From Mobula hypostoma (lineage: Eukaryota), in NCBI RefSeq assembly GCF_963921235.1, contig NC_086098.1:7998001-8062000 (forward strand): a DNA stretch of 64,000 nucleotides, written 5' to 3'. Shown here in pieces: positions 24,370 to 37,336 of this stretch (within the stretch, counting starts at the first letter, position 1; each line of letters begins with the position of its first letter). A model generated the notes under the pieces. It was not told the origin of the DNA and did no database searches. It was given only the letters and a program-made list of their open reading frames with translations. The translations under genes and the position numbers were made by a program.

Positions 24370-24667
24370 AGTCCCCGATAGTGGCGGCAAAAGGGAGAAA
24401 CTCCCTGCCATAAACCTTCAGGCACCATCAACTTGCCAATACCTTGGAAGCAGCCGACCACAGCCGACACTGAGTCCTTCCGTCCGAAAACTCCGAGCTT
24501 CCGAGTAGCCTCTCCGATACAGCCTCCCGAGCGCCATCCTCTGCTGAGCGCCTTCGACCTCTCCATCAAATCAGGATTGTGCACAGTCCCCTACTTGCCA
24601 GGTAACAGATATTCATCACTGGAGAGGCCGCGCGTGCTGTCGTCGCACTGCCATCTTCTCCCCTCTA
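24370..24667 (-). mobile_element. Partial copy of the 'AAGATGGC' non-autonomous element
   Basis: Reverse complement matches 36681-37100 with an internal deletion. Confidence 0.75.
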
Positions 24668-24698
24668 GGTTTCAAGGTTGTATACTATTTACAACACG

Positions 24699-24970
24699 GA
24701 CACCACAGTAGCCTAGTGGTTAGCGCGATGCTTTATGGTGCCAGAGACCTGGGTTTAATTCCCGCCGCTACTGCCTGGAAGGATCGTATGTTCTCCTCGT
24801 GACTGTGTGGGTTTCCTCTGGGTGCTTTAGTTTCCTCCCACAGTCCAAAGACGTACCAGTAATTACAGGTTGTCCTGTAATTAGGCTCAGGTTAAATCAG
24901 AGGTTGCTGGGCAGTGTATTTTGAAGGGCTGGAAGGGCCTATTCCGCATTGTGCTGTATCTCAATAAATC
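24699..24970 (+). mobile_element. tRNA/V-domain SINE (HE1-like)
   Basis: tagcctagtggttagc / gggtttaattccc boxes; gggtttcctct..ttcctcccacagtccaaagac core; (aata)n tail. Confidence 0.85.
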
Positions 24971-26697
24971 AATACATACATAGATAATTATACTTTGAAT
25001 GTTTTCTTTCCATTGTCCTTTTTATTTAAATGTAGCTGGTTTCTCATCATTCTTTTCACTTGATTTACTTCAATTCCCATTTTGTTAATCCTCCCTTTTT
25101 CATATTTTTATTCATTTCTGCCTACGCAAGACCTGACAACAGTTTCTGTTGCCATATAATTAATGAATCATGGCAGGCTTGTACAGACAATCTACAGGGC
25201 CGGATTTAACCCACAGAGCTTATCCCTGCTCCGTAGCATCTATTTATTCAGCTTGGCTCAAAGTACTTGAATGTTTAATAGAGCCGTCACTGCTCTGCAC
25301 CGTGAAACAGGATTGTGTTGCCAAGAAACTCAGGTTTCAGTGGCTCGGTGGGAAATACTGGGTTAGAAATCTGCTTTTTGTGCAATTTATTAAGTGTTAC
25401 ACTAGGAAAAAAATCCTCTCCTTTAGGGTCAATAAAGTCAGAGTGTTAGTTTATTGTGTATATTCCAAGAGTTGCCTGTTTTCCGAGCTTTGAAGTTACT
25501 CATAATCTTACTCAAGTGCCAATAATATTAGTAATTACTCTGTTTAAAGCATAATTGGAGGATTAGTCATGCCGTGGAACCAGATCAGAATCAGGTTTAT
25601 CATCACTGACATATGTCATGAAATTTATTGTTTTGCGATAGCAGTACATTGCAACACATCCAAAAGTACTATAAATTAGGATTATATACTGTACAGTATA
25701 GTACATAAAGCAAATTTAAATCAAATATGTACTGCAAAAAGAGAGGAAAAATAATGAGGTAGTGTTCATGGGTCGGTTCATTGTCCATTCAGAAACCTGA
25801 TGGTGGAGGAGTGGGGAAGATACTGTCCGTAAGCAACGAATGTGCATCTCAAGACTCCAGTACCTTTCCCCTGATGGTAGCAATGAGGAGAGGCAAAGGA
25901 ATAGTCTATTTTGCACTTTAGCTTATATAATAATAGAGTAGTTTTCAACAACTTTGAGAAGGAACCTTTATAAAGCGTGTTAGCTTGTGTTACAAGTTGC
26001 TGACAACTCAACGGATCAATGTGGGGTGAAGACGAGGTTAAGGGGAGGGGATGGGCGGAGAGCTGAGTGAGAGTTAGACTATATTTTCTTAATTTATATC
26101 TGAAATCAGCAACTGTCCTGTGCCGCATGTACAAGGACAACTGACGGATGATCCAACAGTAGGACAGGGCCCCGTCAATGAACTAATCCTTGGAGGTTGA
26201 GAAGCTTTGATGTGTTCTTGCTGAAGGCATGCTGTCCTCAAAGGACAGTCGCTTTTCTTTCATTCAATACACTGACTCACACTCAGGGAGCTTTGATTTT
26301 TAGCAGCAATGATAAAATGGTGCACGTTTCATTTACTAATTGTAGTTTTATGGCACCATCATGTGTTTGCAAACAGATGGTCTCAGAATCAGACCCGGAA
26401 CCAGCTTTATTATCATTGGCATATGCCATGAAATTTGTTGTTTTGTGGCAGCGGTACAATGCATACCAAAAAAACCTAAAAGTTACAATTGGAAATAAAC
26501 AAAGAAATATATATTAATTTAGCATATATATCAGAATCAGGTTTAATATCACGAAAAATGTTAAAATATTTATTATTTTGCTGCATCAGTACAATACCAC
26601 TCATAAAAAAAACTAACTGAAATTATGATAGGAAATAAATATATATTTCAGTACCTTGCAATACATAATAAAAACTAAATTACAGTGAGTATATATA

Positions 26698-29600
26698 CAG
26701 TCCATGTAAAAAGTATTCAACACCCCCCTTGGAAGTTTTAATGTTTTATTGCTTTACATTACTGAATCACAGAGGATTTACTTTGGCTTTTTTGACACTG
26801 ATCAACAGAAAAGACTCCAAGTCAAAGTGAAAACAAGTTTCTACAAATTGGTCTAAATTTATTACAATTATTAAACACAAAATAATTGATTGCATAATTA
26901 CTCACCCCCTTCAAGTCAGTATTCAGTAGATGCACCTTTGGCAGCAATTACAGCCTTGAGTCTGTCTGGATAGGGCTCTATCAGCTTTGCATATTTGGAC
27001 ACTGCAGCTTTTCCCTATTTTTCTTTACAAAACCGCTCAAGCTCTGTCAGATTGCATAGGGATCGTGCATGAACAGTACTTTTCATGTTCAGCCACAAAT
27101 TCTCAATTAAATTGAGGTCTGGACTCTGACTTGGCCATTCCAGGACATTCCAAGTGGAGCTTAGGAGGAGACAATGGCGCTAAGCGGCAACTCCTCTGCT
27201 TGCATCTTTGGAAACGGCTCTATTTCTATCTTTAATATCTCTAGTTTTCCCTTTCAGGGTTTTTTTGAAGACCCTGGTTTGGAGTTACATACTGACTTTG
27301 GTTCTTTGCAGGAATGGGACCCGCTCTCGGGGTCTCACGACTGGCTGCTATTCAATATACCAAGGATACAGCCTAGGAGACTAGTGCGTCTTTGGGGTGA
27401 CGGGATTTCATGGCTCTGGAGGCAGGTGGATTCAAGGTCTGTGCCTCAGCAGGAAATCGGCGTGTCATGGAATACGCAAGAAGACACAATCACATGTCAC
27501 AATGGTGTCACATGGTGTGAGCAGAATTATCTGCAGCTTAATGTGAAAAAGACTAAGGAGCTGGTGGTAGACCTGAGGAGAGCTAAGGTACCGGTGACCC
27601 CTGTTTCCATCCAGGGGTCAGTGTGGACATGGTGGAGAATTACAAATACCGGGGGATACGAATTGACAATAAACTGGACTGGTCAAAGAACACTGAGGCT
27701 GTCTACAAGAAGGGTCAGAGCCGTCTCTATTTCCTGAGGAGAATGAAGTCCTTTAACATCTGCCAGACGATGCTGAGGATGTTCTACAAGTCTGTGGTGG
27801 CCAATGCTATCATGTTTGCTGTTGTGTTCTGGGGCAGCAGGCTGAGGTAGCAGACACCAACAGAATCAACAAACTCATTCGTAAAGCCAGTGATGTTATG
27901 GGGATGGAACTGGACTCTCTGACGGTGGTGTCTGAAAAGAGGATGCTGTCTAAGTTGCATGCGATCTTGATCAATGTCTCCCATCCACTACATAATGTAC
28001 TGGGTGGGCACAGGCGTACATTCAGCCAGAGACTCATTCCACCGAGATGCAGCACAGAGCGTCATAGGAAGTCATTCCTGCCTGTGGCCATCAAACTGTA
28101 CAACTCCTCCCTTGGAGGGTCAGACACCCTGAGCCAATAGGCTGGTCCTGGACCTATTTCATAATTTACTGGCATAATTTACATATTACTATTTAACTAT
28201 TTATGGTTCTATTACTATTTATTATTTATGGTGCAACTAACGAAAACCAATTTCCCCTGGGATCAATAAAGTATGACTATGATTATGACTATGACTAAGA
28301 TCGAAAGCAGCGAGCTGGCTGCTGGCTGTGTGCCCAGAGACCCGAGTTCATTGGGCGCAGAGCTCGGAAAAAGCGATGCAACGGACCTTTAACATTGTAA
28401 ATTAACGAGTTGTTTGTTATGTCTCCCCTCTCACTGTGAAATGGGGACACCCCTTTTTCCCTTATTAGGAGGAGAGTGAGAGCCTGTGGTATGCTGAATT
28501 ACCAGGTGAATGAGTAGTCTTTGGGGTACTGCAAGTCTGCGTCTTTATTGATGCTTTGCCACATGCTTGAGTGCTCGGTGGGGGGTGGGAGGATCGTTGC
28601 TTTGAAGCTGCTAATGCATGGGAGGGGGAGCTGAGGGGGCTTTGGCGTTCTTACATTTAACTGTCATTCATTCTTTGGGGCACGCTTCTGTTTTCGTGGA
28701 TGGTTGCGAAGAAAATTATATATATTTCTCTGCAATTATATATACCTCGGAAACCTTTAAAGTTTAAAGTTTAACCTTTAAAGTCATTCCTGTGTAGTTT
28801 TGGCTCTATGCCTGGGGTCATTGTCTTGTTGGAAAACAAATCTCCTCCAAGTCACAGTTCTCTTGCAGACTGCATCAGGTTTTCCTCCAGGATTTCCCTG
28901 TATTTTGCTGCATTCATTTTACCCTCTACCTTCACAAGCCTTTCAGGGCCTGCTGCAGTGAAGCATCCCCACAGCATGGTGCAGCCACCACTATACTTCA
29001 TGGAAGGGACAGTGTATTTTTGATGATGTGTGGTGTTTGACTTACGCCAAACCTAGCATTTAGTCCGATGGCCAAAAATCTCAATTTTGGTTTCATCAGA
29101 TCATAAAACCTTCCTCCAGCTGTCTTTAGAGTCTCCCACATGCCTTCTGGCAATTTCAAGCTGAGATTTCAATGTTAGTTTCTTTCCAACAGTGGCTTTC
29201 TCTTTGCCACTCTCCCTTAAAGCTGTAACTGGTGAAGCACCCGGGCAACAGTTGTATGTGCAGTCTCTTCCATCTCAGCCACTGAAGCTTGTAACTCCTC
29301 CAGAGTTGTCATGGGCATCTTGGTGGCCTCTCTCACTTGTCCCCTCTTGCACAATCACTCAGTTTTTGAGGCCGGCCTGCTGTAGGCAACTTACAGCTGC
29401 GTCATGTATTTAAATTTCTTGATGATTGCCTTAACTGTACTCCAAGGGATATTCAGAGACTTTCAAATTTCCTTGTATCCGCCTCCTGATATGTGCTTTT
29501 CAATGATCCTGAGTTGTTTGGAGTGTTCTTTTGTCTTCATGGTGTAGTTTTTGCCGGAATACTGACTCACCAGCAGTTGGACCTTCCAGATACAGGTGTA

Positions 29601-29932
29601 TTTTTACTACATTAAATTAAAACACCTTGACTGCACACAGTGATCTCCATTTAATTAATTATGTGACTCATAAACCAACTGGCTGCACCAGTGATGATTT
29701 GGTGTGTCATATTAAAGGGGGGGGGGGGTGAATACATATGCAATCAATTATTTTGTGTTTTATATTTGTAATTAATTTTGATCAATTTGTTTACACTTTG
29801 GCATGAAAGGGTATTTTTTCTGTTGATCAATGTCAAAAAACCCAAATTAAATCCATTGTGATTCAACATTGCAAAACAATAAAGCAGGAAAGCTTACGGG
29901 GAGGGGCTGTTGAATAATATTTATAGACACTG
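26698..29932 (-). mobile_element. Tc1-family transposon with long IR/DR termini; transposase pseudogene with nested insertions
   Basis: TA|CAGT...ACTG|TA ends; ~215-bp imperfect TIRs; minus strand MKTKEHSKQLR..(ATG at 29540)..WSDETK..TMLWGCF..FQQDNDP..RLKAVIAAKGASTEY* (stop 26916-26918); insert at ~27150-28780. Confidence 0.9.
27506..28296 (+). mobile_element. Rex1/Babar 3' fragment, (ATGACT)n tail
   Basis: WCEQNYLQLNVKKTKELVVD..RKSFLPVAIKLYN; very similar to 42557-43622. Confidence 0.9.
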
Positions 29933-30054
29933 TATCTTAAAATTTAAACCAGGTGGTGCAAAAAGGGGAAAAACAAGTAGTGAGGTAGCTCATGGATAAT
30001 GTCCATTTAGGAGAAGAAGCTGTTCCCGAATCGTTGACTGTGTGTCTTCAGAAA

Positions 30055-33000
30055 CATAAGAACATCTAAAACCTACAGCACAATACAGGCCCTTTTGCCC
30101 ACAATGCTGTACCAAACATGTACTTATTTTAGAAATTACCTAGGGTTACCCGTAGTCCTCCATTTCTCTCAGCTCCACGTACCTATCTAAGAGTCTCTTA
30201 AAAGACTCTCTACGTAAAAAACCTACCACTGACATCACCTTTGTAACTACTTTCAAGAACCTTAAAACTGTGCCTCTGGTGATAGCTATTTCAGCCCTGG
30301 GAAAAGCCTCTAACTATCCACACAAGCAATACGGCTCATCATCTTGTACACCTCTATCAGGCCACCTTTCATCCTCCGTCGCTCCAAGGAGAAAAGGGAA
30401 AAGGTCAAGTTCACTCAACATATTCTCATAAGGCATGCTCCCCAATCCAGGCAGCATCCTTGTAAATCTCCTCTGTACCCTTTCTATAGTTTCCACATCC
30501 TTCCTGTAGTGAGGTGACCAGAACTGAGCACACTACACCAAATGGGTTCTGACGAAGGTCCCTTACAGCTGTAACATTATCTCTTGGCTCTTGAACTCAA
30601 ATCCCATTGTTGATGAAGGCCAATACACCACAGCAGCTTTGAGTGTCCTACGGACTCGCAGCCCAAGATCCCTCTGATCCTCAACACTGCCAGAGCCTTA
30701 CCATTAATTCTATATTCTGATATCATATTTGACCTACCAAAATGAACCACCTCACACTTATTTGTATTGAACTCCATCTGCCACATCTCAGCCCAGTTTT
30801 GCATCCTATTCAGATCCCGCTGTAAAGTCTGACAGAACTCCACATTATCCACAACACCCTCAACCTTTGTGTCATCAGCAAATTTACTAACCCATCCCTC
30901 CACTTCCTCATCCAGGTTATTTTTTTAAAAATGAAGAGAAGGGTTCCCAGAACAGATCCCTGAGGCACAATACTGGTCACGACTTCCATGCAGAATATGA
31001 CCCGTTTACAACCATTCTTTGCCTTATGTGGGCAAGCCAGTTCTTCCTTACTTTCTTAATAAGTCATGCATGGAGTACCTTATCAAGTGCCTTGCTGAAA
31101 TCCATAGACACTACATCTACTGCTCTACCTTCATAAACATGATTAGTCACATACTCAAAAAATTCTATCAGGCTCATAAGGCACGACCTGCCTTTGACAA
31201 AACCATGCTGACTAATCTTAATCATATTATACCTCTCCAAATGTTCATAAATCCTGCCTGTCAGGATCTTCTCCATCAACTTACCAACCACTAAAGTAAG
31301 ACTCAATGGACTATAATTTCCTGGGCCAATTAGGAAAAGGGGAGGTGCAACGAGACCTGGGTGTCATTATACACCAGTCATTGAAAGTGGGCATGCAGGT
31401 ACAGCAGGCGGTGAAAAAGGCGAACGGTATGCTGGCATTTATAGCGAGAGGATTCGAGTACAGGAGCAGGGAGGTACTACTGCAGTTGTACAAGGCCTTG
31501 GTGAGACCACACCTGGAGTATTGTGTGCAGTTTTGGTCCCCTAATCTGAGGAAAGACATCTTTGCCATAGAGGGAGTACAAAGAAGGTTCACCAGATTGA
31601 TTCCTGGGATGGCAGGTCTTTCATATGAAGAAAGACTGGATGAACTGGGCTTGTACTCGTTGGAATTTAGAAGATTGAGGGGGGATCTGATTGAAACGTA
31701 TAAGATCCTAAAGGGATTGGACAGGCTAGATGCGGGAAGATTGTTCCCGATGTTGGGGAGGTCCAGAACGAGGGGTCACAGTTTGAGGATAGAGGGGAAG
31801 CCTTTTAGGACCGAGATTAGGAAAAACTTCTTCACACAGAGAGTGGTGAATCTGTGGAATTCTCTGCCACAGCAAACTGTTGAGGCCAGTTCATTAGCTA
31901 TGTTTAAAAGGAAGTTAGATATGGCCCTTGTGGCTACAGGGGTCAGGGGGTATGGAGGGAAGGCTGGGTTCTGAGTTGGATGATCAGCCATGATCATAAT
32001 AAATGGCGGTGCAGGCTCGAAGGGCCGAATGGCCTACTCCTGCACCTATTTTCTATGTTTCTATGTTTCTATATGCAACCCTCCAATCCTCTGGAACCTC
32101 TCCTGTCCCCATTGATGATGCAAAGATCATCACCAGAGGCTCAGCAATCTCCTCCCATGCCTCCCACAGTAGCCTGGGGTATATCTCGTCTGGTCCCAGT
32201 GACTTATCCAACATGATCATTCCCAAAAGCTCCAGCACATCCTCTTTCTTAATGGCTATATGCTCAAGCTTTTCAGTCTGCTGCAAGTCATCCTGACAAA
32301 TGCCAAGGTCCTTTTCCATACTGAATACTGAAGCAAGGTATTCATTAAGTATCTTTGCTATCTCCTGCAGTTCCATACACACTTTTCGACTGTCACACTT
32401 GATTGGTCCTATTCTCTCACATCTTATCCTCTTGCTTTTCAAATACTTGCAGGATGCCTTGGGGTTTTCTTTAATCCTGATCACCAAGGCCTTCTCATGG
32501 CCCCTTCTGGCTCTGCTAATTTTATTCTTAAGCTCCTTCCTGCCAGCCTTATAATCTTCTAGATCTCTATCATTACCTAGTTTTTTGAACCTTTTGTAAG
32601 CTCTTGTTTTCTTCTTGACTAGATTTTCAGCAGCCTTTGTGCACAATGATTCCTGAACTCCACCATCCTTTCCGTCCCATTGGAACGTACCTTTGCAGAA
32701 CGCCACGCAAATATCCCCTGAACATTTGTCACATTTCTACTGTACATTTCCATGAGAACATCTATTCCCAATAATTGTGATCACTATCTCCAAAACGCTC
32801 TTTCACTGGAGACCTGACACTTGACTAGGTTCGTTTCCCAATATCAGATCAAGTACAGCCTCTTCTCTTGTAAGCTTATCTACAAATTGTGTCAGGAAAC
32901 CTTCCTGAACACACCGAATAAATTCGACCCCATCTAAACCCCTTGCTCTCGGGAGATACCAATCAATATTGGGGAAATTAAAATATCCCATCATGACAGC

Positions 33001-34560
33001 CCTGTTATTATTGCACTGTTCCAGAATCTGTCTCCCTATCTGCTCCCAGATGTCCCTGTTATTACTGGGTGGTCTTTAAAATACACCCAGTAGAATTATT
33101 GACTCCTTCCTGTTTCTAACTTCCACCCATAGAGAATCAATCGACAATCCCTCCATAACTTCCTCCTTTTCTGCAGCCGTGACACTATCTCTGATCAGCA
33201 GTGCCACGCCCCCACCTCTTTTGCCTCCCTCCCTGTCCTTTCTGAAACTTCTAAACCCTGGCACTCTAAGTAACCATTCCTGCCTCTGAGCCATCCAAGT
33301 CTCTGTAATGGCCACAACATCATAGCTCCAAGTACTGATCCACGCTCTAAGCTCATCCGCTTTGTTCATGATACTCCTTGCATTAAAATACACACATCTG
33401 AAACCATCATCCTGAGTGCATCCCTTCTCCATCACCTGCCTATCCTCCCTTTCTCACTGTCTCCAAGCTTTCTCTATCTGTGAGCCAACCTCCCTTTCCT
33501 CAGTCACTTCAGTTCAGTTCCCATCCTCCAGCAATTCTACTTTAAACTCTCCCCAACAGAATTAGAAAGCCTCCCTGCCAGGATATTGGTCCCCTCAGAT
33601 TCAAGTGCAAACCATCCTTATCGTACAGATCATGCCTGCCGAAAAGAGGTCCCAATGATCCAGAAATCTGAATCCCTTCCCCCTGCTCCAATCCCTCAGC
33701 CACGCATTTATCCTCCACCTCACTCTATTCCTATACTCACTGTCACGTGGCAAAGGCAGTAATCTTGAGATTACTACCCTTGTGGTCCAGCTTCTCAGTT
33801 TCTTTCCTAACTCCCTGTAGTCTCTTTTACTACCTATGTCATTGGTACCAATATGTCCTACGACCTCCCACGTCAGGATATCGTGGACGCCATCAGAAAC
33901 ATCCTTTACCTTGGCACCTGGGAGGCAAACTACCATCCATGTTTCTTTTCTGCATCCACAGAATCGCCTGTCTGACCCCCTAACTATAGAGTCCCCTATT
34001 ACTGCTGCAATCCTCTTCCTTTTCCTACCCTTCTGAACCACAGGGCCAGGCTCTGTGCCAGAGGCGCGACCATTGTTGCTTCCCCCAGGTAGGTCATTCC
34101 CCCACCCAGCAATACTCAAGCAGGAATACTTATTGTTAAGGGGGACAGCCACAGGGATACTCCCTAGTATCTGCCTCTTTCCCTACCCTCTCCTGCCTGT
34201 TACCCACTTATCTGTCTCCCAAGGCCCCGGTGTGACTACTTGCCTATAGCTCCTAACTATCGCCTCCTCAGACATCGCACATCTGACGCTCAGCACAGAA
34301 CACCGGCCTCACACACATACTTCCTATTCCTATTCTTCACAAGTAACTTACTTCGCCTCGACCCGTTATCGCTGAAACCCCGTTGAGCCAAAGCCCTCCT
34401 ATTCTGGCACCCTCTACTTAATTGCCCGCTCTATAAAGCTGCCTTCTTTTTAAATTCTTCCTTCGGTCTAACTCACTGTACAGTCGTGCCTCAATCAAAC
34501 TGCTGAAGAAAAAATGTCTCTTTTTAACGTCTTCCCACCGGTCTAACTCGTTAACATTCA
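30055..34560 (-). mobile_element. Near full-length decayed CR1 (5'UTR, ORF1 esterase, ORF2 EN+RT, tail)
   Basis: ORF1 VIGDSIVRG..CLPGAKV..HIGTNDI; ORF2 YFNARSI..AITETW..GGGVALL, GYFNFP, KFADDTK; multiple deletions. Confidence 0.92.
31329..32072 (+). mobile_element. Young 5'-truncated CR1 nested in older CR1
   Basis: Open ORF to 31974; (CTATGTTT)n tail; nearly identical to 37337-38085. Confidence 0.95.
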
Positions 34561-35254
34561 CTGGGCTCCTGTACCTCTTCCCTGATGCTAGCCATGAGAA
34601 GAGGACATATCCTGGATGATGGGGGTCCTTACTGATGGATATAGAACCATATACATACAGTGCTGTGCAAAAATCGTGGGCACATATATGTATATATATA
34701 TATATACAGATTGGGTTCCCAAAATTTTGCACAATACTGTAGAAATTTATAAACATGAGAAAATCTGCAATTGTTGGAAATCTAGAGCAACACACACAAA
34801 ATGCTGGAGGAACTCAGCTGGTCATACAGCATCTACGGAAATGAACGAGTCAGCATTCTGGGCCATGACCCAATTTTATATGGTGCACTGCACTGCTGGC
34901 ACAAAAAACAAATTTCGTGACATACGTGAGTGATGATAAGCCTGATTCTGATACGGGTCTCTATTGTGGATTGAGAGTGAGAAGGGGGCAGGGCAAGGGT
35001 TTGAGAAAAGGGGAAGGGAGAGGGGAGGGAGTGGAAGCCACCTAAGAGCCTTTCTGTAATGATCAATAAAACAATTGTTTGGAATCAAAAGCTCTTGCCT
35101 GGTGTCTCAGATCTGGGTGTGTCTGTATCGACACCTCCCCGCACCCCTGGCACTCCTCCTCTGCCACGTGCCTCACACCCCTCCTGTGGCACTTCACCCT
35201 TACCATTCACAACATCCTTTTCGCTTATCAGATTTACACCACCATTCAATCATT

Positions 35255-35685
35255 TCTAATCCTTTTGTTCCCCTCCTCAGCCCCACTCCCTGGCCTTCTC
35301 CCCGTAACATTTGATGTCATGTCCAATCAAGAACCTATCAGGCTCTGCCTTAAATACAGTACACCCAATGACCTAGCCTCCACAGCTGCCCTCGGTATCT
35401 AATTCCACAACTCACCACCCTCTGGCTGAAGAAATTTCTTCACATCTCTGTTTTGAATGGACACCCCTCTAAAGTGAGGCTGTGCCCTCTTGTCCTAGAC
35501 TCCCCCACCATGGGAAACATCCTTTCTACATCTACTCTGTCTAGGCCTTTCAACATCCAAAAGGTTTCAATGAGATCCAGCCTCATCCTTCTAAATTCCA
35601 GCGAGTACAGATCCAGAGCCATCAAACGTTTCTCGTATGATAACCCTTTCATTCCCAGAATCATCCTTATGGGCCTCCTCTGAAG
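35255..35685 (-). mobile_element. CR1 3' fragment
   Basis: ORF 35440-35664 LSYEKRL..LEFRRMR. Confidence 0.85.
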
Positions 35686-36680
35686 GTGTTGGGGATGCCT
35701 TTGCTTGATAATTCGGGAACAGCTTTTTCCCCTCCACCATCAGATTTCTGAATGGACATTCAACCCATGAACACTACCTCTACTTCTTTTTTCTCTTTTT
35801 ACACTACTTACTTAATTTAACTTTCAAAGAAATCTACATAAAAATTTCCAGATTTTATGATTTTGCATTGCAATGTACTGCTGCCACATACCAACAAACT
35901 TCATGACATATGCTGGTGATATCAAACCTGATTCTGATGGAGCTGTAATCTTCTGCAGCTTTTTCCGATCTTGTGTAGCAGCCCCTCTATAACCAAACAG
36001 TGATACAACCAGTTCAAATGCATCTGTGCAGATTTGCTAGAGTGTTTGGTGACATCTCCTAATGAACTATAGCCACTGAGGTATCAGCACTACATAATCT
36101 CAAAATAGGCGTTCTGCAATATCTGATTTGGAAATACAGGTTTTTTCTGTTCTGGTTTTGTATTTCTGTATTTCAGCATCTGGTTCAGATAGAACTCAGC
36201 CAGACAAAACAGTAATATTTCCTTAATAGAGTTAACATGCTGCTGATAACTGGCTTGTCACTTTAATCAGTGCAATGTGATGACAAAACCTCACACAGAG
36301 AATTCGTCTTTGAAGGAACTCTCCTTGTCAACATGTTCCAATCTGTCTTGCTCCTGTATTGTGAATTGTGGGGTGTAGATGTGGGAATGCTGGGTCCATG
36401 TTTACCAGTGGAATCTGAGTACAGTGAGCGAGGTCTTTACAAAGAGAGCTATAGAACATAGAACACTTCAGGCCCTTCAACCCACGATGTCATGCCAGCT
36501 TTTCTTTACCTACTCCAAGATCAATGTTACCCTTCCTTCCCACATAGCCCTTTATGTTCCTTTCTAAGAGTCACTTAAATTTACCTAATGTATCTACCTC
36601 ACCACCACCCCGGTAGGGTGTTAAATGTCCCTAATGTATCCACCACCACCACCACCTTGACAGGGTGTTAAATATCCCTA

Positions 36681-37336
36681 AAGGAAGAGGAGGAGAAGAT
36701 GGCAGTGTGACGCAGTGCACGCAGCCACTCCGGTGAATGATATCTGTAATCTGTCAAGTAGGGTACCGTGCACAATTCTGATTTGATGGAGACAGATGTG
36801 AGAGTATGGACGAACATCTGGAGAAACTTCTGAAATGCCTTTTTTGCTGCCGCTGCTACTGTGTGGTCCGGAATCCTCGGCTTTGTTTGTTTTGACGGCC
36901 AGGACGAGGTCGAATGCACTCAGCAGAGGATGGCGCTCAGGAGGCTGTATCGGAGGGTCTGGTCGGAGGCTCAAAGTTTTCTTATGGACGGACTCAGTGT
37001 CGGCTGTTGTTGGGTGTTTCCAATGCATCGGCAGTTGTCGGTGCCTGGAGGTTTATGGCAGGGAGTTTCTCCCTTTTGCCGCCTGCTATCGGGGACTGGG
37101 GAGTCGATCGGGACTTTGAGACTTTTTTTTACCGTGCCCATGGTCTGCTCTTCATCAAATTACGGTATTGTTTTGCACTGCTGTAACTATATGTTATAAT
37201 TATGTGGTTCTGTCAGTGTTAGTCTATTGTTTGTCCTGTTTTTCTGTGATATCACTCTGGAGGAACATTGTATCATTTCTGAATGTATGCATGGAGTTCT
37301 AAATGACAATAAACGAGGAGTGAGTGTTCTCATAAT
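36681..37336 (+). mobile_element. ~650-bp non-autonomous retroelement (AAGATGGC head, LINE-like 3'UTR)
   Basis: Colinear with 54895-55528; ends aaatgacaataaa..ctcataat. Confidence 0.75.
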
